From: an uncultured OM182 clade bacterium
GTDB taxonomy: Bacteria; Pseudomonadota; Gammaproteobacteria; Pseudomonadales; Azotimanducaceae
Direction: 5' to 3'
Assembly: GCA_902567095.1 (NCBI GenBank)
Contig: CACFLG010000005.1
Span: 1,267 to 65,266, forward strand
Length of the DNA stretch: 64,000 nucleotides
Shown here: positions 49,513 to 58,997 of the stretch, piece after piece
Layout: each line of letters begins with the position of its first letter
How positions within the stretch are numbered: position 1 is the first letter of the stretch
Notes under the pieces: generated by a model
Seen by the model: the letters and a program-made list of their open reading frames with translations, nothing else
What the model was told of the DNA's origin: nothing
Database searches by the model: none
Position numbers and translations under genes: made by a program

Positions 49513-50727
49513 GTGAATTTGAAATCATGTCTAACATCCATTGCTCTGTTGATCTGCCTGATTCTCTCTGTCGAGGGTCGCGGCGAGACTCAAATACCTT
49601 TCTCCGGTATTGCCTTCACTTCAGAGTTATCACTTGCGAGGGACTCAATGCCCTACACCTTTGGCATCATAGGCGACGAGGACTCTAACAAAAGCACCAA
49701 CTTCAGAAACAATCTACGGGAAAAAGCAGAGGGCAAACAATTAAAAAATGGGGCCTTCCTTTCTGCGAATGCTCAAAACCGCTTAAAGCGAGGGCAGGCA
49801 CTCGCTGTCGCTTTAGCGATCGAACGAGAGAGAATGCTTGAAACCAAACTCAGCGACGACGAGTACCAACTTAGCTTTGACATCGACGCCACCATTTTGG
49901 CCTTTAACTTTGACGAAAAGGCCATAGTCTCGTCACATCCTATTAGGCTGACATTGCTCACATCGTTACCAAGGAAACCCACCGAAAATGATAGGTCGAA
50001 GCTCGCAAATATTATGTTTTTTGGGGACACAGAAAAAGAGTGGTTCGAGAACCTCTCAGAATCTTATTTAATTACAGAATTCATGAAAGCTGTTCAGGAC
50101 ACAGAAATCCGTCAGGCCTGGCGCTCACATATTAGAGTTAAAAATATTGATCTGTCCCCTCAAGCGGCAAAGGTTTTGAAGGATCTTGATCAAGACCCCG
50201 ACTACATGCGACAACTGATCGCGTCCAGCGTCTCCTCATCCATGAGCACACGCCTTATGATTCCAGTGCTGCCATATGTTAAGAGCCAAGCAATCCAGAG
50301 CAGCATGACACTGAAGTTTTTTGAAACAGACCTCATGAATTTTAAAATTCCTGAGGCAAGCTTCCACATAGATCTTACACTTCGAGGATTTGGCTCGAAG
50401 ATTCTCGAAGAGACTAACCGCACTAAGGTTGTGTCTTATATCTCCGGTGTTCAAGTCCAGATAATAGATATAGACTTTGACGCGTCTCGAATGAAGCAGA
50501 AATTCCAAGCGGGAAACGTAAAACGACTGACTTCGGATATGACAGAGAACCTCTGGCATGAGTACGAACTAAGTCTGCTGTCACTGCTTGATCAAATAGT
50601 CATTCAAATCGACAAGCCAGACAAGAAATGGGTAGAAAAAAGAACAACCGGAAAATCAAAAACGAGAGACATTGTTAAATCTCTAAAAAATGTTAAAAAG
50701 CAGGTCATTGATCAGGTAAGGAGTTAA
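49513..50727 (+). CDS. Exported hypothetical protein
   Basis: 404-aa ORF with signal peptide; first gene of a tight operon. Confidence 0.7.
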   Translation: MNLKSCLTSIALLICLILSVEGRGETQIPFSGIAFTSELSLARDSMPYTFGIIGDEDSNKSTNFRNNLREKAEGKQLKNGAFLSANAQNRLKRGQALAVALAIERERMLETKLSDDEYQLSFDIDATILAFNFDEKAIVSSHPIRLTLLTSLPRKPTENDRSKLANIMFFGDTEKEWFENLSESYLITEFMKAVQDTEIRQAWRSHIRVKNIDLSPQAAKVLKDLDQDPDYMRQLIASSVSSSMSTRLMIPVLPYVKSQAIQSSMTLKFFETDLMNFKIPEASFHIDLTLRGFGSKILEETNRTKVVSYISGVQVQIIDIDFDASRMKQKFQAGNVKRLTSDMTENLWHEYELSLLSLLDQIVIQIDKPDKKWVEKRTTGKSKTRDIVKSLKNVKKQVIDQVRS

Positions 50728-50731
50728 AGAA

Positions 50732-51865
50732 ATGAAAGAAAGGATCGCCCGGCCGTCATCAGCTTTTATCTTTCTTATGTTTTTAGTTGGAGTCTTTGCC
50801 TCATTGCTCTGGCAGAGCGCTCAAGCGCAGCAAGTGGAGATCAAGGGAACCTCATCCGCAATACTAAGCGGCAAATGTATCCGAGACAACAACGTTCGAG
50901 GTAAGCGTGACAAAGAGACCTTTGCCGAAACGCTTCAGAGAGCAAAGGTCAACTCAGTAAGAAGACACGTTGCAAACAGCGGAATCGCTGTCGCTAACGC
51001 TTACGACGCGAAACAAGCTGAAATAGCCAGAACTATTGATGACTTCATATTAAATCCAAATATTCGAGTGATTTGCGAGCGAGGCAAGAAGAATCTGCAA
51101 ATCGCCGTGACTGGAGAGCTCAATAAATCCGCGTTTGACAGAACCCTCGCCCTCAACCAAATGGCGGTCAAAGATCGATCAAGATTAACCTCCATCTTTG
51201 TCGCCCGAAGGCAGAGCGAGCTCAAAGCCTTTGACGCGCGAAGAACCGAGATCTCACGAACAACCGAGCTAAGCGAGGCCTCGCAGGCAGCGGAAGTGGG
51301 TGCGGATGGATCCATGAAAGCAGAGGGAATGTCGGTGTCGACTAAAAAGACTGAGTCTGGAGGGAATACAGCATACAAAGCCGACCAGATAAAGTACCAG
51401 ACCTTTCGTCCAGACGGGTTGGAAACCGCCACCAACGAAATTTTTGTCTCCCTCGGTTACCGGCCCATCAACAATTCACAAGTCGAAGCGATTAGCAAAG
51501 GAAAATTTAATGTCGCGCTTTTTGAGGAGGAGTTTGCCTCAAGCGAGAATATCAGCAACGCCACGCTAAGCAGCGCTTTTGAAGCTATCTCGGGCATCAT
51601 CCCTTTGCTAGTTATAGCCCGGCTTGATGTGGGCGCGCCAATAAGAGATCGTGGTAACGAGGAGCCAATCGTAGTGGTGGATGTAAAAGCTCAAGTTTAC
51701 AGATATGACGGGCTTTTCTACGAGACCGTGGGCTCCTACGGACCAGTCCAGATAAAAAGCGCAGGAATAACATCGACCGCGGCAGAAAACAATGCGATAT
51801 TAGAGGCATCTAGGGAGGCAGCCAGTCAACTCGGCGCCCAGCTGCTACAAAACAACATATTTTAG
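50732..51865 (+). CDS. Exported hypothetical protein
   Basis: 377 aa; signal peptide ending AQA. Confidence 0.7.
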   Translation: MKERIARPSSAFIFLMFLVGVFASLLWQSAQAQQVEIKGTSSAILSGKCIRDNNVRGKRDKETFAETLQRAKVNSVRRHVANSGIAVANAYDAKQAEIARTIDDFILNPNIRVICERGKKNLQIAVTGELNKSAFDRTLALNQMAVKDRSRLTSIFVARRQSELKAFDARRTEISRTTELSEASQAAEVGADGSMKAEGMSVSTKKTESGGNTAYKADQIKYQTFRPDGLETATNEIFVSLGYRPINNSQVEAISKGKFNVALFEEEFASSENISNATLSSAFEAISGIIPLLVIARLDVGAPIRDRGNEEPIVVVDVKAQVYRYDGLFYETVGSYGPVQIKSAGITSTAAENNAILEASREAASQLGAQLLQNNIF

Positions 51866-51876
51866 GGAGGAAAAGC

Positions 51877-52554
51877 ATGAAGAAAATAATAATTATAGGC
51901 CTATCACTTATGTTTTTTGGGTCCATGACCGCCAACGCAATCAAATTGCCGGGCATGCCAGGAAAGTCAGACGACAAGGCAGCGTCTGCGGAAGCCAGTG
52001 AATCCGCTGCGGATTCCCAAGATGCTCTGGTCTCACAATTCAAGACCACACTCGGCTCGATACTTCTTGCTCAAAAGTACCTCTCCGTCGCCTTCGATCA
52101 AGCTGATCAGGCCGCGGCGTTGGATACTGAAATCGCCAGCCTAGAAGGAGACTGCGGAACTGATTGCCTTAAACGAGCGGTGAAGCTTTCAGGCAACGCC
52201 ACGGAATCAATCGGTGAGAAGCTAGACGCAAAGACAGAGATTGGCGCAACCGGCAAAACAAACTACGCACTAGCGCTGCCCCCTTACATAAGGGGAACTC
52301 TATCCGTCAAGGACCTAGCAAGCGCCGCTGGTTCCTGGGGCAAGCAGGCGACCGGAGAAATTAAGAATGCCGGCATGATGGGTGCGACAAAGCTCAAGAA
52401 GAAGCTGGGTACGGGCATGTACGTCGCGCAGCAAACCCCAAAACTCGCAAAGAATTGGGCAAAGGCCACAAAACAGATTTTCACCTACGCTAAATCTTCA
52501 AATATCGACCTAAGCAAGGTTGAAGGCGCAAGCGACTTCGATTTTGGTGACTAG
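51877..52554 (+). CDS. Exported Ala-rich helical hypothetical protein
   Basis: GGAGG RBS; signal peptide ending ANA; acidic C-terminus SDFDFGD. Confidence 0.75.
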   Translation: MKKIIIIGLSLMFFGSMTANAIKLPGMPGKSDDKAASAEASESAADSQDALVSQFKTTLGSILLAQKYLSVAFDQADQAAALDTEIASLEGDCGTDCLKRAVKLSGNATESIGEKLDAKTEIGATGKTNYALALPPYIRGTLSVKDLASAAGSWGKQATGEIKNAGMMGATKLKKKLGTGMYVAQQTPKLAKNWAKATKQIFTYAKSSNIDLSKVEGASDFDFGD

Positions 52555-52565
52555 CGCGTAAGCAC

Positions 52566-53834
52566 GTGAAAAAATATCTGATTTTTATGCTCCTGATCTC
52601 TGGCGCTCTGTGCCAGGGAATCAGCGCGCTGGAAGTGACCTACAAAACCATCGAAGTTCTTGGGACCGGAAGCAGTCGTGACGAGGCGGTCACTTGGGCC
52701 CAAATCAACGCAATCCAAATGGTCACCGGAACTAAAATGTCTGCCTCAATCGAAGCAGAACGAGGTCTGTCCTCTGACGAGAAGGGCTCTAGGTTCTTTC
52801 AAAGCTCTTATGTAGATGTAAGCAAAGAGACTGCTGGCGTAATAAGATCCTCAGAGATCAGAAGCGTCCTGTATAACAAAGAATTGCAGGAGTGGAACGC
52901 CATTCTAATGGTCACGGTCCTTGATCTAGAGCGAGCGGGAGGGAGAAAAGCCATTGCCATCTCTGACCTGCGGGCAGAAAAAAGATCGTTAAGACCCTTT
53001 GCTCGTGATTTGACCGGTCTCCTCAAATCCAAACTGACGTCCTCGAGGAAATTCTCGGTGCTTGAGCAAAACCTTGGCACGAAATTTCGTCAGGAGCTGG
53101 ACGCCATAATTGAAAACCCCTTGCTCTCGCTGACAGAAAAGGTGATCGTCAAAAACGGTCTCCCACCCGATCTCGTTCTCGTTGGTAAGGTAGAGGCCGT
53201 TTCCTTGAAACTCACTGAGATTGCGCCCTCCTCCGACCTAATAAGGATAAAAATTCCTGACGTATCCGCAAGGGTTAACTATCAGATCATCGATATGTAT
53301 ACCTCGGAGACAAAGTTTCATGATGTTGCTCGAATCCGTCTGACCCAAGCAGATTTCGCTGCGTCTGGCCAAGCGGTGAATGAAGGAAACATTGGGTCAC
53401 TGTCCGCAGAAATCATTAGCACCAGGATAGTGGACAAGATCCTTGACGCCATATACCCGGTTATTCTTACCTCGATCTCTGAGGACAACCAGGTAAGCCT
53501 TAATTTTGGTTCAGAGTTCAACAAGCAAGGGGATGTCTTCAAAATATACCGGCGAGGGGACAGGATATATGACCCATACACGGAAGAAGTGATGACCTGG
53601 GAAGAGAGCTTTATGGGCGAAGTAAAAGTCACCCGGACACTGCCCAAAGTGAGCTTTGGAGAAATATCGGGAAACGAGCAAGATTTAAATCGAATCAGGG
53701 AAGAGCTAACAGAAAGATCAAGACAATTCGTGGCCTACAAAATAGCTAAAAGCTCAGCATCTAGTTCAAAAATGAAGAAAAAGGTACGTAAGGAAATCAG
53801 TGAAGAGAAGAAAGCTTTGGAGGAAGAATTCTAG
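52566..53834 (+). CDS. Exported CsgG/HfaB-like protein with FlgT-C-like beta domain
   Basis: GTG...EA...A N-domain, L.SKL.SSRKFSVLE, DLVLVGKV, and LNFG...GDVFKIY...IYDPYT.E C-domain. Family call from pattern only. Confidence 0.55.
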   Translation: MKKYLIFMLLISGALCQGISALEVTYKTIEVLGTGSSRDEAVTWAQINAIQMVTGTKMSASIEAERGLSSDEKGSRFFQSSYVDVSKETAGVIRSSEIRSVLYNKELQEWNAILMVTVLDLERAGGRKAIAISDLRAEKRSLRPFARDLTGLLKSKLTSSRKFSVLEQNLGTKFRQELDAIIENPLLSLTEKVIVKNGLPPDLVLVGKVEAVSLKLTEIAPSSDLIRIKIPDVSARVNYQIIDMYTSETKFHDVARIRLTQADFAASGQAVNEGNIGSLSAEIISTRIVDKILDAIYPVILTSISEDNQVSLNFGSEFNKQGDVFKIYRRGDRIYDPYTEEVMTWEESFMGEVKVTRTLPKVSFGEISGNEQDLNRIREELTERSRQFVAYKIAKSSASSSKMKKKVRKEISEEKKALEEEF

Positions 53835-53878
53835 ATCGGATCTAAAAAAACAAACGAATATTTGAAAGAGGAAAACCT

Positions 53879-55672
53879 ATGCAAATTATTATCACGATAC
53901 TCATTATCGCAGGGCTCGTAATGTTTTTTGGGCCTGAGTCCTGTAGCGATTTAGGTGATACAACCTCAAAATCTGAAGCCGCGTCAGAAGAGACCGAGAC
54001 CTATAGTCGTTCCTCAGAAAGCGGTTCTGATGAAGAGGACCCCTTTTCAGAGGTCAGGCAACTTCTTTCCAACATCTCTGGGCCAACGTCTGAGAGCGAA
54101 ATAGTTAAACGAGCTCAAGCCTCTGCCTTCGTTGCGGAGGGGATATGTCCGAATCCCGTTGAAGACGTTAGAGAACGGGAGTTGGCGTGGTTAAAGCAGG
54201 AATCGCAAAAAGGGGCCAATTATTTAGGTCCAAGATTTACCGAAGACAACGATATCTACTTTGGGAGCGGAACTCCCTCTTTCCAAAAACTTGAAGTCAC
54301 CTCCACGCCCAGCAGAGATGCGGTCATCGCGCGGGATATGCTCTTTGCAATGGCTACTCTTCAGGCAAAAGCAGCGATTATTACTCAAATAAACAACAAC
54401 ATGACTGTTGAGCGTTACCTGAAGCAACCCAGGACCGGGATGACAAATGAGGAGGCGATATACAAAAAGGGAGAGGATTTACTTAACAACAGAAAAGAAA
54501 TTGCCGGAGAGATAGAGGCAGTCAACGAGGAACTAGGACGAGTAAATGAGGCATTACTAGACGCAGATGAAGACTACATGGAGGGAGTTACCTTTGGTGA
54601 TCGGATTGGGTCTTCAATTGACGGTATAAATAAACGACTTAACGAAGAATATAATCGTTCAGACATAACATCAGAAGAGAAAGAGCAGCTAGACATGCTT
54701 AGAGCTCGAGTCCAGACACTGAAAAACAAAAAAGAGACCTTGGAAATCGAACAAGAGAAATTAGCTGACGAAATATTGCCTTATGCTAAGGCTGTTTCTC
54801 AAGAAGAAGCGGTGAATAAGTTAGCCTGGCAAACTCTTTATGGTGTTCAAATTGTTAAACAATTCTTCTGTTTTAATCCCGAAAATCGATCCGCTGCCTT
54901 GCTTATAAGAGCGGTTTGGAGCACCAAGCTTCAGGAAGAAGCCGAAAAAACTCTAAGGAGAGAGCCAGTCACTCTTCAACCCACGGATCCCAACAAGCAG
55001 TTCTTTCAATACCTACTGTCAGACCTTGACGTGCAAAGGCCGACTTTTGGCAGATACGTGGAACCAAATGGCTCCGTGGTTTGGTACGCTGTTAGGCATG
55101 GAATTCCTATCCTAGGTAATAGCGTCGCTAGCACAGAAGCGGTTAAAGCATTTGCAGAGGCAATGCTCTTATCCTCGCTCTACTCGGAGGTCGGGACGCA
55201 GGTTCAAGCGAGCAGAGGCCTAGTCGGAGCAGCTGACGGCAGGGGTGCATTCACTACAGAAACACTAGCCGTAAACATGCGAGAAGAAGCTGAAAACGTT
55301 TTCTTTCCTGTTACTAGCCATCCCGGTATAACAGACAATCCCATGGGCGGTGAAAAATTGGAGTATGCGGTTGCATATGTTAGCGCAGACTCTTTGGCAC
55401 GATCACCCGAGATGGTCAAGCTCATTGAGGAGGCAAACTTTAGATTTCATAAAGATCAAGCTTACGTCAAGGGCCTTATCTCTGGCATGCAAGCGGCAGG
55501 CGCCTCGACAAAAAATGACCCCGAAGCAAGTCGAAGAGGCTTTAATGAGGGTGCCTCGGGGGTGATTTCTGGCGCTCAAGAGAACTCCTCAATCAGCAAT
55601 CAAAAAAGGACCGGACAACCAAAACCGGAAAAAGCGGATCGTTGGGAAAGTGACGTGAATGACGATTTCTAA
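53879..55672 (+). CDS. Membrane-anchored coiled-coil hypothetical protein
   Basis: N-terminal hydrophobic anchor, central coiled coil, ends ESDVNDDF. Confidence 0.7.
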   Translation: MQIIITILIIAGLVMFFGPESCSDLGDTTSKSEAASEETETYSRSSESGSDEEDPFSEVRQLLSNISGPTSESEIVKRAQASAFVAEGICPNPVEDVRERELAWLKQESQKGANYLGPRFTEDNDIYFGSGTPSFQKLEVTSTPSRDAVIARDMLFAMATLQAKAAIITQINNNMTVERYLKQPRTGMTNEEAIYKKGEDLLNNRKEIAGEIEAVNEELGRVNEALLDADEDYMEGVTFGDRIGSSIDGINKRLNEEYNRSDITSEEKEQLDMLRARVQTLKNKKETLEIEQEKLADEILPYAKAVSQEEAVNKLAWQTLYGVQIVKQFFCFNPENRSAALLIRAVWSTKLQEEAEKTLRREPVTLQPTDPNKQFFQYLLSDLDVQRPTFGRYVEPNGSVVWYAVRHGIPILGNSVASTEAVKAFAEAMLLSSLYSEVGTQVQASRGLVGAADGRGAFTTETLAVNMREEAENVFFPVTSHPGITDNPMGGEKLEYAVAYVSADSLARSPEMVKLIEEANFRFHKDQAYVKGLISGMQAAGASTKNDPEASRRGFNEGASGVISGAQENSSISNQKRTGQPKPEKADRWESDVNDDF

Positions 55673-56093
55673 GTCCTCAGCAATTCTTTTTACGCTCTGC
55701 TTAACAGCCTGCTCGGAGAATAGAAGCGATATATATCCGGGCGGGCACACCCTCCCTGCCATTGATTTTCTTGAATCCCTTATAGAGGATGAGAGTAGAT
55801 TTAGTGAGGGCTATTACCAAAAAGGTGACAAACTCTACTTTCTAGTTGAAGTAAAAGCTGATTCCTACGGTCCCATGATGTCTGTAAAAGCCGAAGCAGA
55901 AAGCACGCTTACGATAGGGCAAGGGCTTTTAGCTTACGCAGAAAAAAAATGCGAGGGAATTTCAAAAATTCAGACCAAGATGACGGAGACCATTAAACTC
56001 CTCTCGAAAAATTTTGAGGGTTTCTACCGCGAGTTGTGGAGCACTTCACTTTATCCGATAGATGAAAAAATCGAATCGATCTGTAAAAGCTAG
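55659..56093 (+). CDS. Hypothetical lipoprotein
   Basis: Lipobox LTAC; overlaps both neighbours. Confidence 0.65.
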   Translation: MTISKSSAILFTLCLTACSENRSDIYPGGHTLPAIDFLESLIEDESRFSEGYYQKGDKLYFLVEVKADSYGPMMSVKAEAESTLTIGQGLLAYAEKKCEGISKIQTKMTETIKLLSKNFEGFYRELWSTSLYPIDEKIESICKS

Positions 56094-56649
56094 GCTCTCT
56101 GCCTTGCTTGCTCTGTCGTTACTCTCTGTCAGTGCTTGGAGCCAACTAGCGTGGATAAAAAAAGAGACCAATCTACTATCGGAAGCCAAGACAAGCGCAA
56201 CGGTTCAGGCTCTCTTGTCGCCAAAAACCAAGGCCACGGTTCTCACACGAAAAGGCATCTGGGTACAGATTCAGGCAAACGGAGAAAACGGCTGGGTCAA
56301 GCTGTCGTCTCTTCGGTTTGGAGATAGCGGTAATTACAGAACCTCTTTAAGTGATCTCAAGACAGGACGGGAAGGCGCTGGCAATAACGTCGCAGCCACG
56401 GGCGCCAGAGGACTAGAGGCTGAAACCCTCGCTCTAGCCAAAGCAGACTACGAGGGCTTCTCTCAGTTCAAAGACATCTCACAAGACACCGCCTTATTGA
56501 TCGAACTCCGACAAATTAAAATGACGCGAGACATATCAGCGATATCTTTCAATCCGAGGGCAGTAAACGAAAGCACTGTCTTTGAAGCAGGCAACAAGCA
56601 AACGACTAAGAAACCAAAAAGAAGAACTGAGATCGACGATGAATTTTAA
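56062..56649 (+). CDS. Exported SH3b-domain protein
   Basis: Signal peptide; VLTRKGIWVQI...ENGWVK; VAATGARGL motif. Confidence 0.7.
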   Translation: MKKSNRSVKARLSALLALSLLSVSAWSQLAWIKKETNLLSEAKTSATVQALLSPKTKATVLTRKGIWVQIQANGENGWVKLSSLRFGDSGNYRTSLSDLKTGREGAGNNVAATGARGLEAETLALAKADYEGFSQFKDISQDTALLIELRQIKMTRDISAISFNPRAVNESTVFEAGNKQTTKKPKRRTEIDDEF

Positions 56650-57424
56650 GTCTTTTAAAATCGCGATTTTGATTGGTCTCTGCTGGACGTTGTTTTCGGG
56701 AGGGATCACTGTTTATGGGGCAGCAGGAGATGAAGAATCGGAAATTGGGAGGGAGGTCGTGGCGCTTTACCTGGGCGCGGCGTCCCTCATCAATGACAAA
56801 AAAATCCTCGAATACGTGAACACCCTTGGTCAGCATATCGTGAGCTTTGTTCCTAAATCGGAGCAAACCAGAGACTGGAGGTTTGGTGTGATCGAATCGA
56901 GCGGTGTGAATGCTTTTGCAGCCCCTGGAGGCTACATCCTAATTACTAGAGGACTTCTGAACCTAACTGAAACCGAGGATCAGCTGGCCTTTATCTTAGC
57001 GCACGAGATTTCCCACGTCGTTAAGCGGCATCATCTCAAGGTAATACAAAAACAAAAGCAAATGTCACGCTTGCTCTCCAAGATGCAATCCAATATGAAA
57101 GAATCAAACGAGCTATTCCAAGATCTCAGCGGCGTTTATCGAGATTTTGCAACAAAAGGGTTGGATAAAAACGCAGAGCATGAGGCGGACCTTGACGGCT
57201 CCGTGTTAGCGGCGCGGGCAGGATTTAATTTGATGTCGGGACAGGAACTGCTCTTCATCCTCTCCGAGTTCTACCGAGACGGGAACGAAGCCCAGCTGTT
57301 TTTTAAAACGCATCCCCATCCTCTAAGCCGCGTTGATAAACTCTCAGAGTCGTTGCCCACCCAGATCGAAAAATTTGCCGTGGATTCTGACCCGAGCTCA
57401 GGGTACCGAGGCCTAAAGCGGTGA
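56639..57424 (+). CDS. M48-family Zn metalloprotease
   Basis: VNAFAAPGG, LAFILAHEISH, EHEAD, THP. Start set at ATG 56639. Confidence 0.88.
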   Translation: MNFKSFKIAILIGLCWTLFSGGITVYGAAGDEESEIGREVVALYLGAASLINDKKILEYVNTLGQHIVSFVPKSEQTRDWRFGVIESSGVNAFAAPGGYILITRGLLNLTETEDQLAFILAHEISHVVKRHHLKVIQKQKQMSRLLSKMQSNMKESNELFQDLSGVYRDFATKGLDKNAEHEADLDGSVLAARAGFNLMSGQELLFILSEFYRDGNEAQLFFKTHPHPLSRVDKLSESLPTQIEKFAVDSDPSSGYRGLKR

Positions 57425-58989
57425 AAGGTCTTCTCGCTCGGCTAGGGCTTTTATCCCGAAAAATGCGAACCGGTTTTTTTCTTGGTCTCTTCATTTTATT
57501 TTCGGTTTTCTCATCGATTTTGTTTCACTTCCAGTTCGATCTTCTTGATATCGAAAGCCTCCAATACGATGAGGGCGCTATCGATACCGCGTTTGATTGG
57601 AGATTTAAAATGCCGGACGCCAGCCCGAGCTTCCTCATCGTTGAAATTGACGAGGCCTCGCTCCACCACTTTTCTGAAGAGTACGGCAGGTGGCCTTGGC
57701 CAAGAGATATCTTTGGAGAGACGCTAGCAGGGATATCAGAGTATGACCCAAAGTCGGTTACCTTTAACATCATGTTCTCTGACCCTGATAGGCTAGACCC
57801 CGATTCTGATGCACTCTTTGATTTTATAATTGCGGAGACGGATAACGTCATCTTTCCTGCAACGCGTTTGTCAAAGCAAAACGATGAGCTTAGTGAGGTC
57901 AAAGCAAGCCAGCTTTCGTTTTCTCGAGACATAGAGGAAGACCGAACTGTTGCCATATTAGTGACTCAGTTCGGGGCTGCCACTACCAAAATGGCTATCA
58001 ATAACCTGTTGATTGATGATGACGGCATAGTTCGACGTTTTGCGGCGCTGCATTCTGAGCCTGGTTTCTCGCTACTAACGCTTCCTGGAAAGATTGCAGA
58101 GCTCGAATCACGATCATTAACAGACACTGAGTACCTCATAAACTGGCCAGAAGACATTAACAATTATGAATCTATATCGTTTAAGGTTTTATATGAAGCT
58201 CTGGAAAATGGTGATAAGTCCGTGCTCACAAGTTTATCAGACGAACACATACTGTTTGGGTTGACCGCACCTGGCTTGTCTTTCCAGCGACCCACTCCCG
58301 TGTCGGCCTTCACGGAGGACACGCGCATACTCACGGCCGTTGCCGACAATATAATTCAAGGGAATGGGCTCAGCACGATCCCACCCGCCCTGATTCTATT
58401 TCTTGCTATATTGATGTTCGGAGTGCTCTCGCTTTGCTTTATTTTGAAAGTTGATGATGGGTTAATTGACGTGATCTTCATTGGCCTTGAAACCAGCTCA
58501 ATCCTGATCACGATCGGTTCGATGAGTTTCACGTCCTATGCGATCGACTTAAGCTTTCTGATATTTTCTGGGCTCATCTACTTCGCAATATGTAAAACCT
58601 ACGACATACCCGTTAGATCATCTGAACGAGCCTACCGAAATTTCTTCGACGGAAAAACATCGGAGAAATACGCCTATTTTTCTGTTTTTATTTATCAGTC
58701 TGGGCAGCTAGACCAACTTCTGCAGTTCCTGAAAATAAAGTCTCCGGCGAGCGAGCGTATTTTCTTGGTAGACAATTTTATTTCGTCGCAGAGTTTGTTT
58801 CAGGAAGAGATTGTTGAGAGCGAAGTGTTGGTTTTCATGCATAGCGAGCCTCTTGCAGAATCTGAGGTGATAGATCAATTTTCTGCTACTCTTAATTTCT
58901 CTGTCGGCAAAAATTTTCAATCCGATGCGCTGCGGGCGATTGTCGGGTTATACAATGAAATGCTTGGACCTTCGTCGGTTGAGAACTAG
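57421..58989 (+). CDS. CHASE2-domain membrane protein without a recognisable output domain
   Basis: IVEIDEASL...GRWPWPR, FNIMFSDPD, DDDGIVRR, RPTPV, then three TM helices; short C-terminus lacking cyclase or kinase motifs. Confidence 0.8.
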   Translation: MKGLLARLGLLSRKMRTGFFLGLFILFSVFSSILFHFQFDLLDIESLQYDEGAIDTAFDWRFKMPDASPSFLIVEIDEASLHHFSEEYGRWPWPRDIFGETLAGISEYDPKSVTFNIMFSDPDRLDPDSDALFDFIIAETDNVIFPATRLSKQNDELSEVKASQLSFSRDIEEDRTVAILVTQFGAATTKMAINNLLIDDDGIVRRFAALHSEPGFSLLTLPGKIAELESRSLTDTEYLINWPEDINNYESISFKVLYEALENGDKSVLTSLSDEHILFGLTAPGLSFQRPTPVSAFTEDTRILTAVADNIIQGNGLSTIPPALILFLAILMFGVLSLCFILKVDDGLIDVIFIGLETSSILITIGSMSFTSYAIDLSFLIFSGLIYFAICKTYDIPVRSSERAYRNFFDGKTSEKYAYFSVFIYQSGQLDQLLQFLKIKSPASERIFLVDNFISSQSLFQEEIVESEVLVFMHSEPLAESEVIDQFSATLNFSVGKNFQSDALRAIVGLYNEMLGPSSVEN

Positions 58990-58997
58990 GGCCACGC

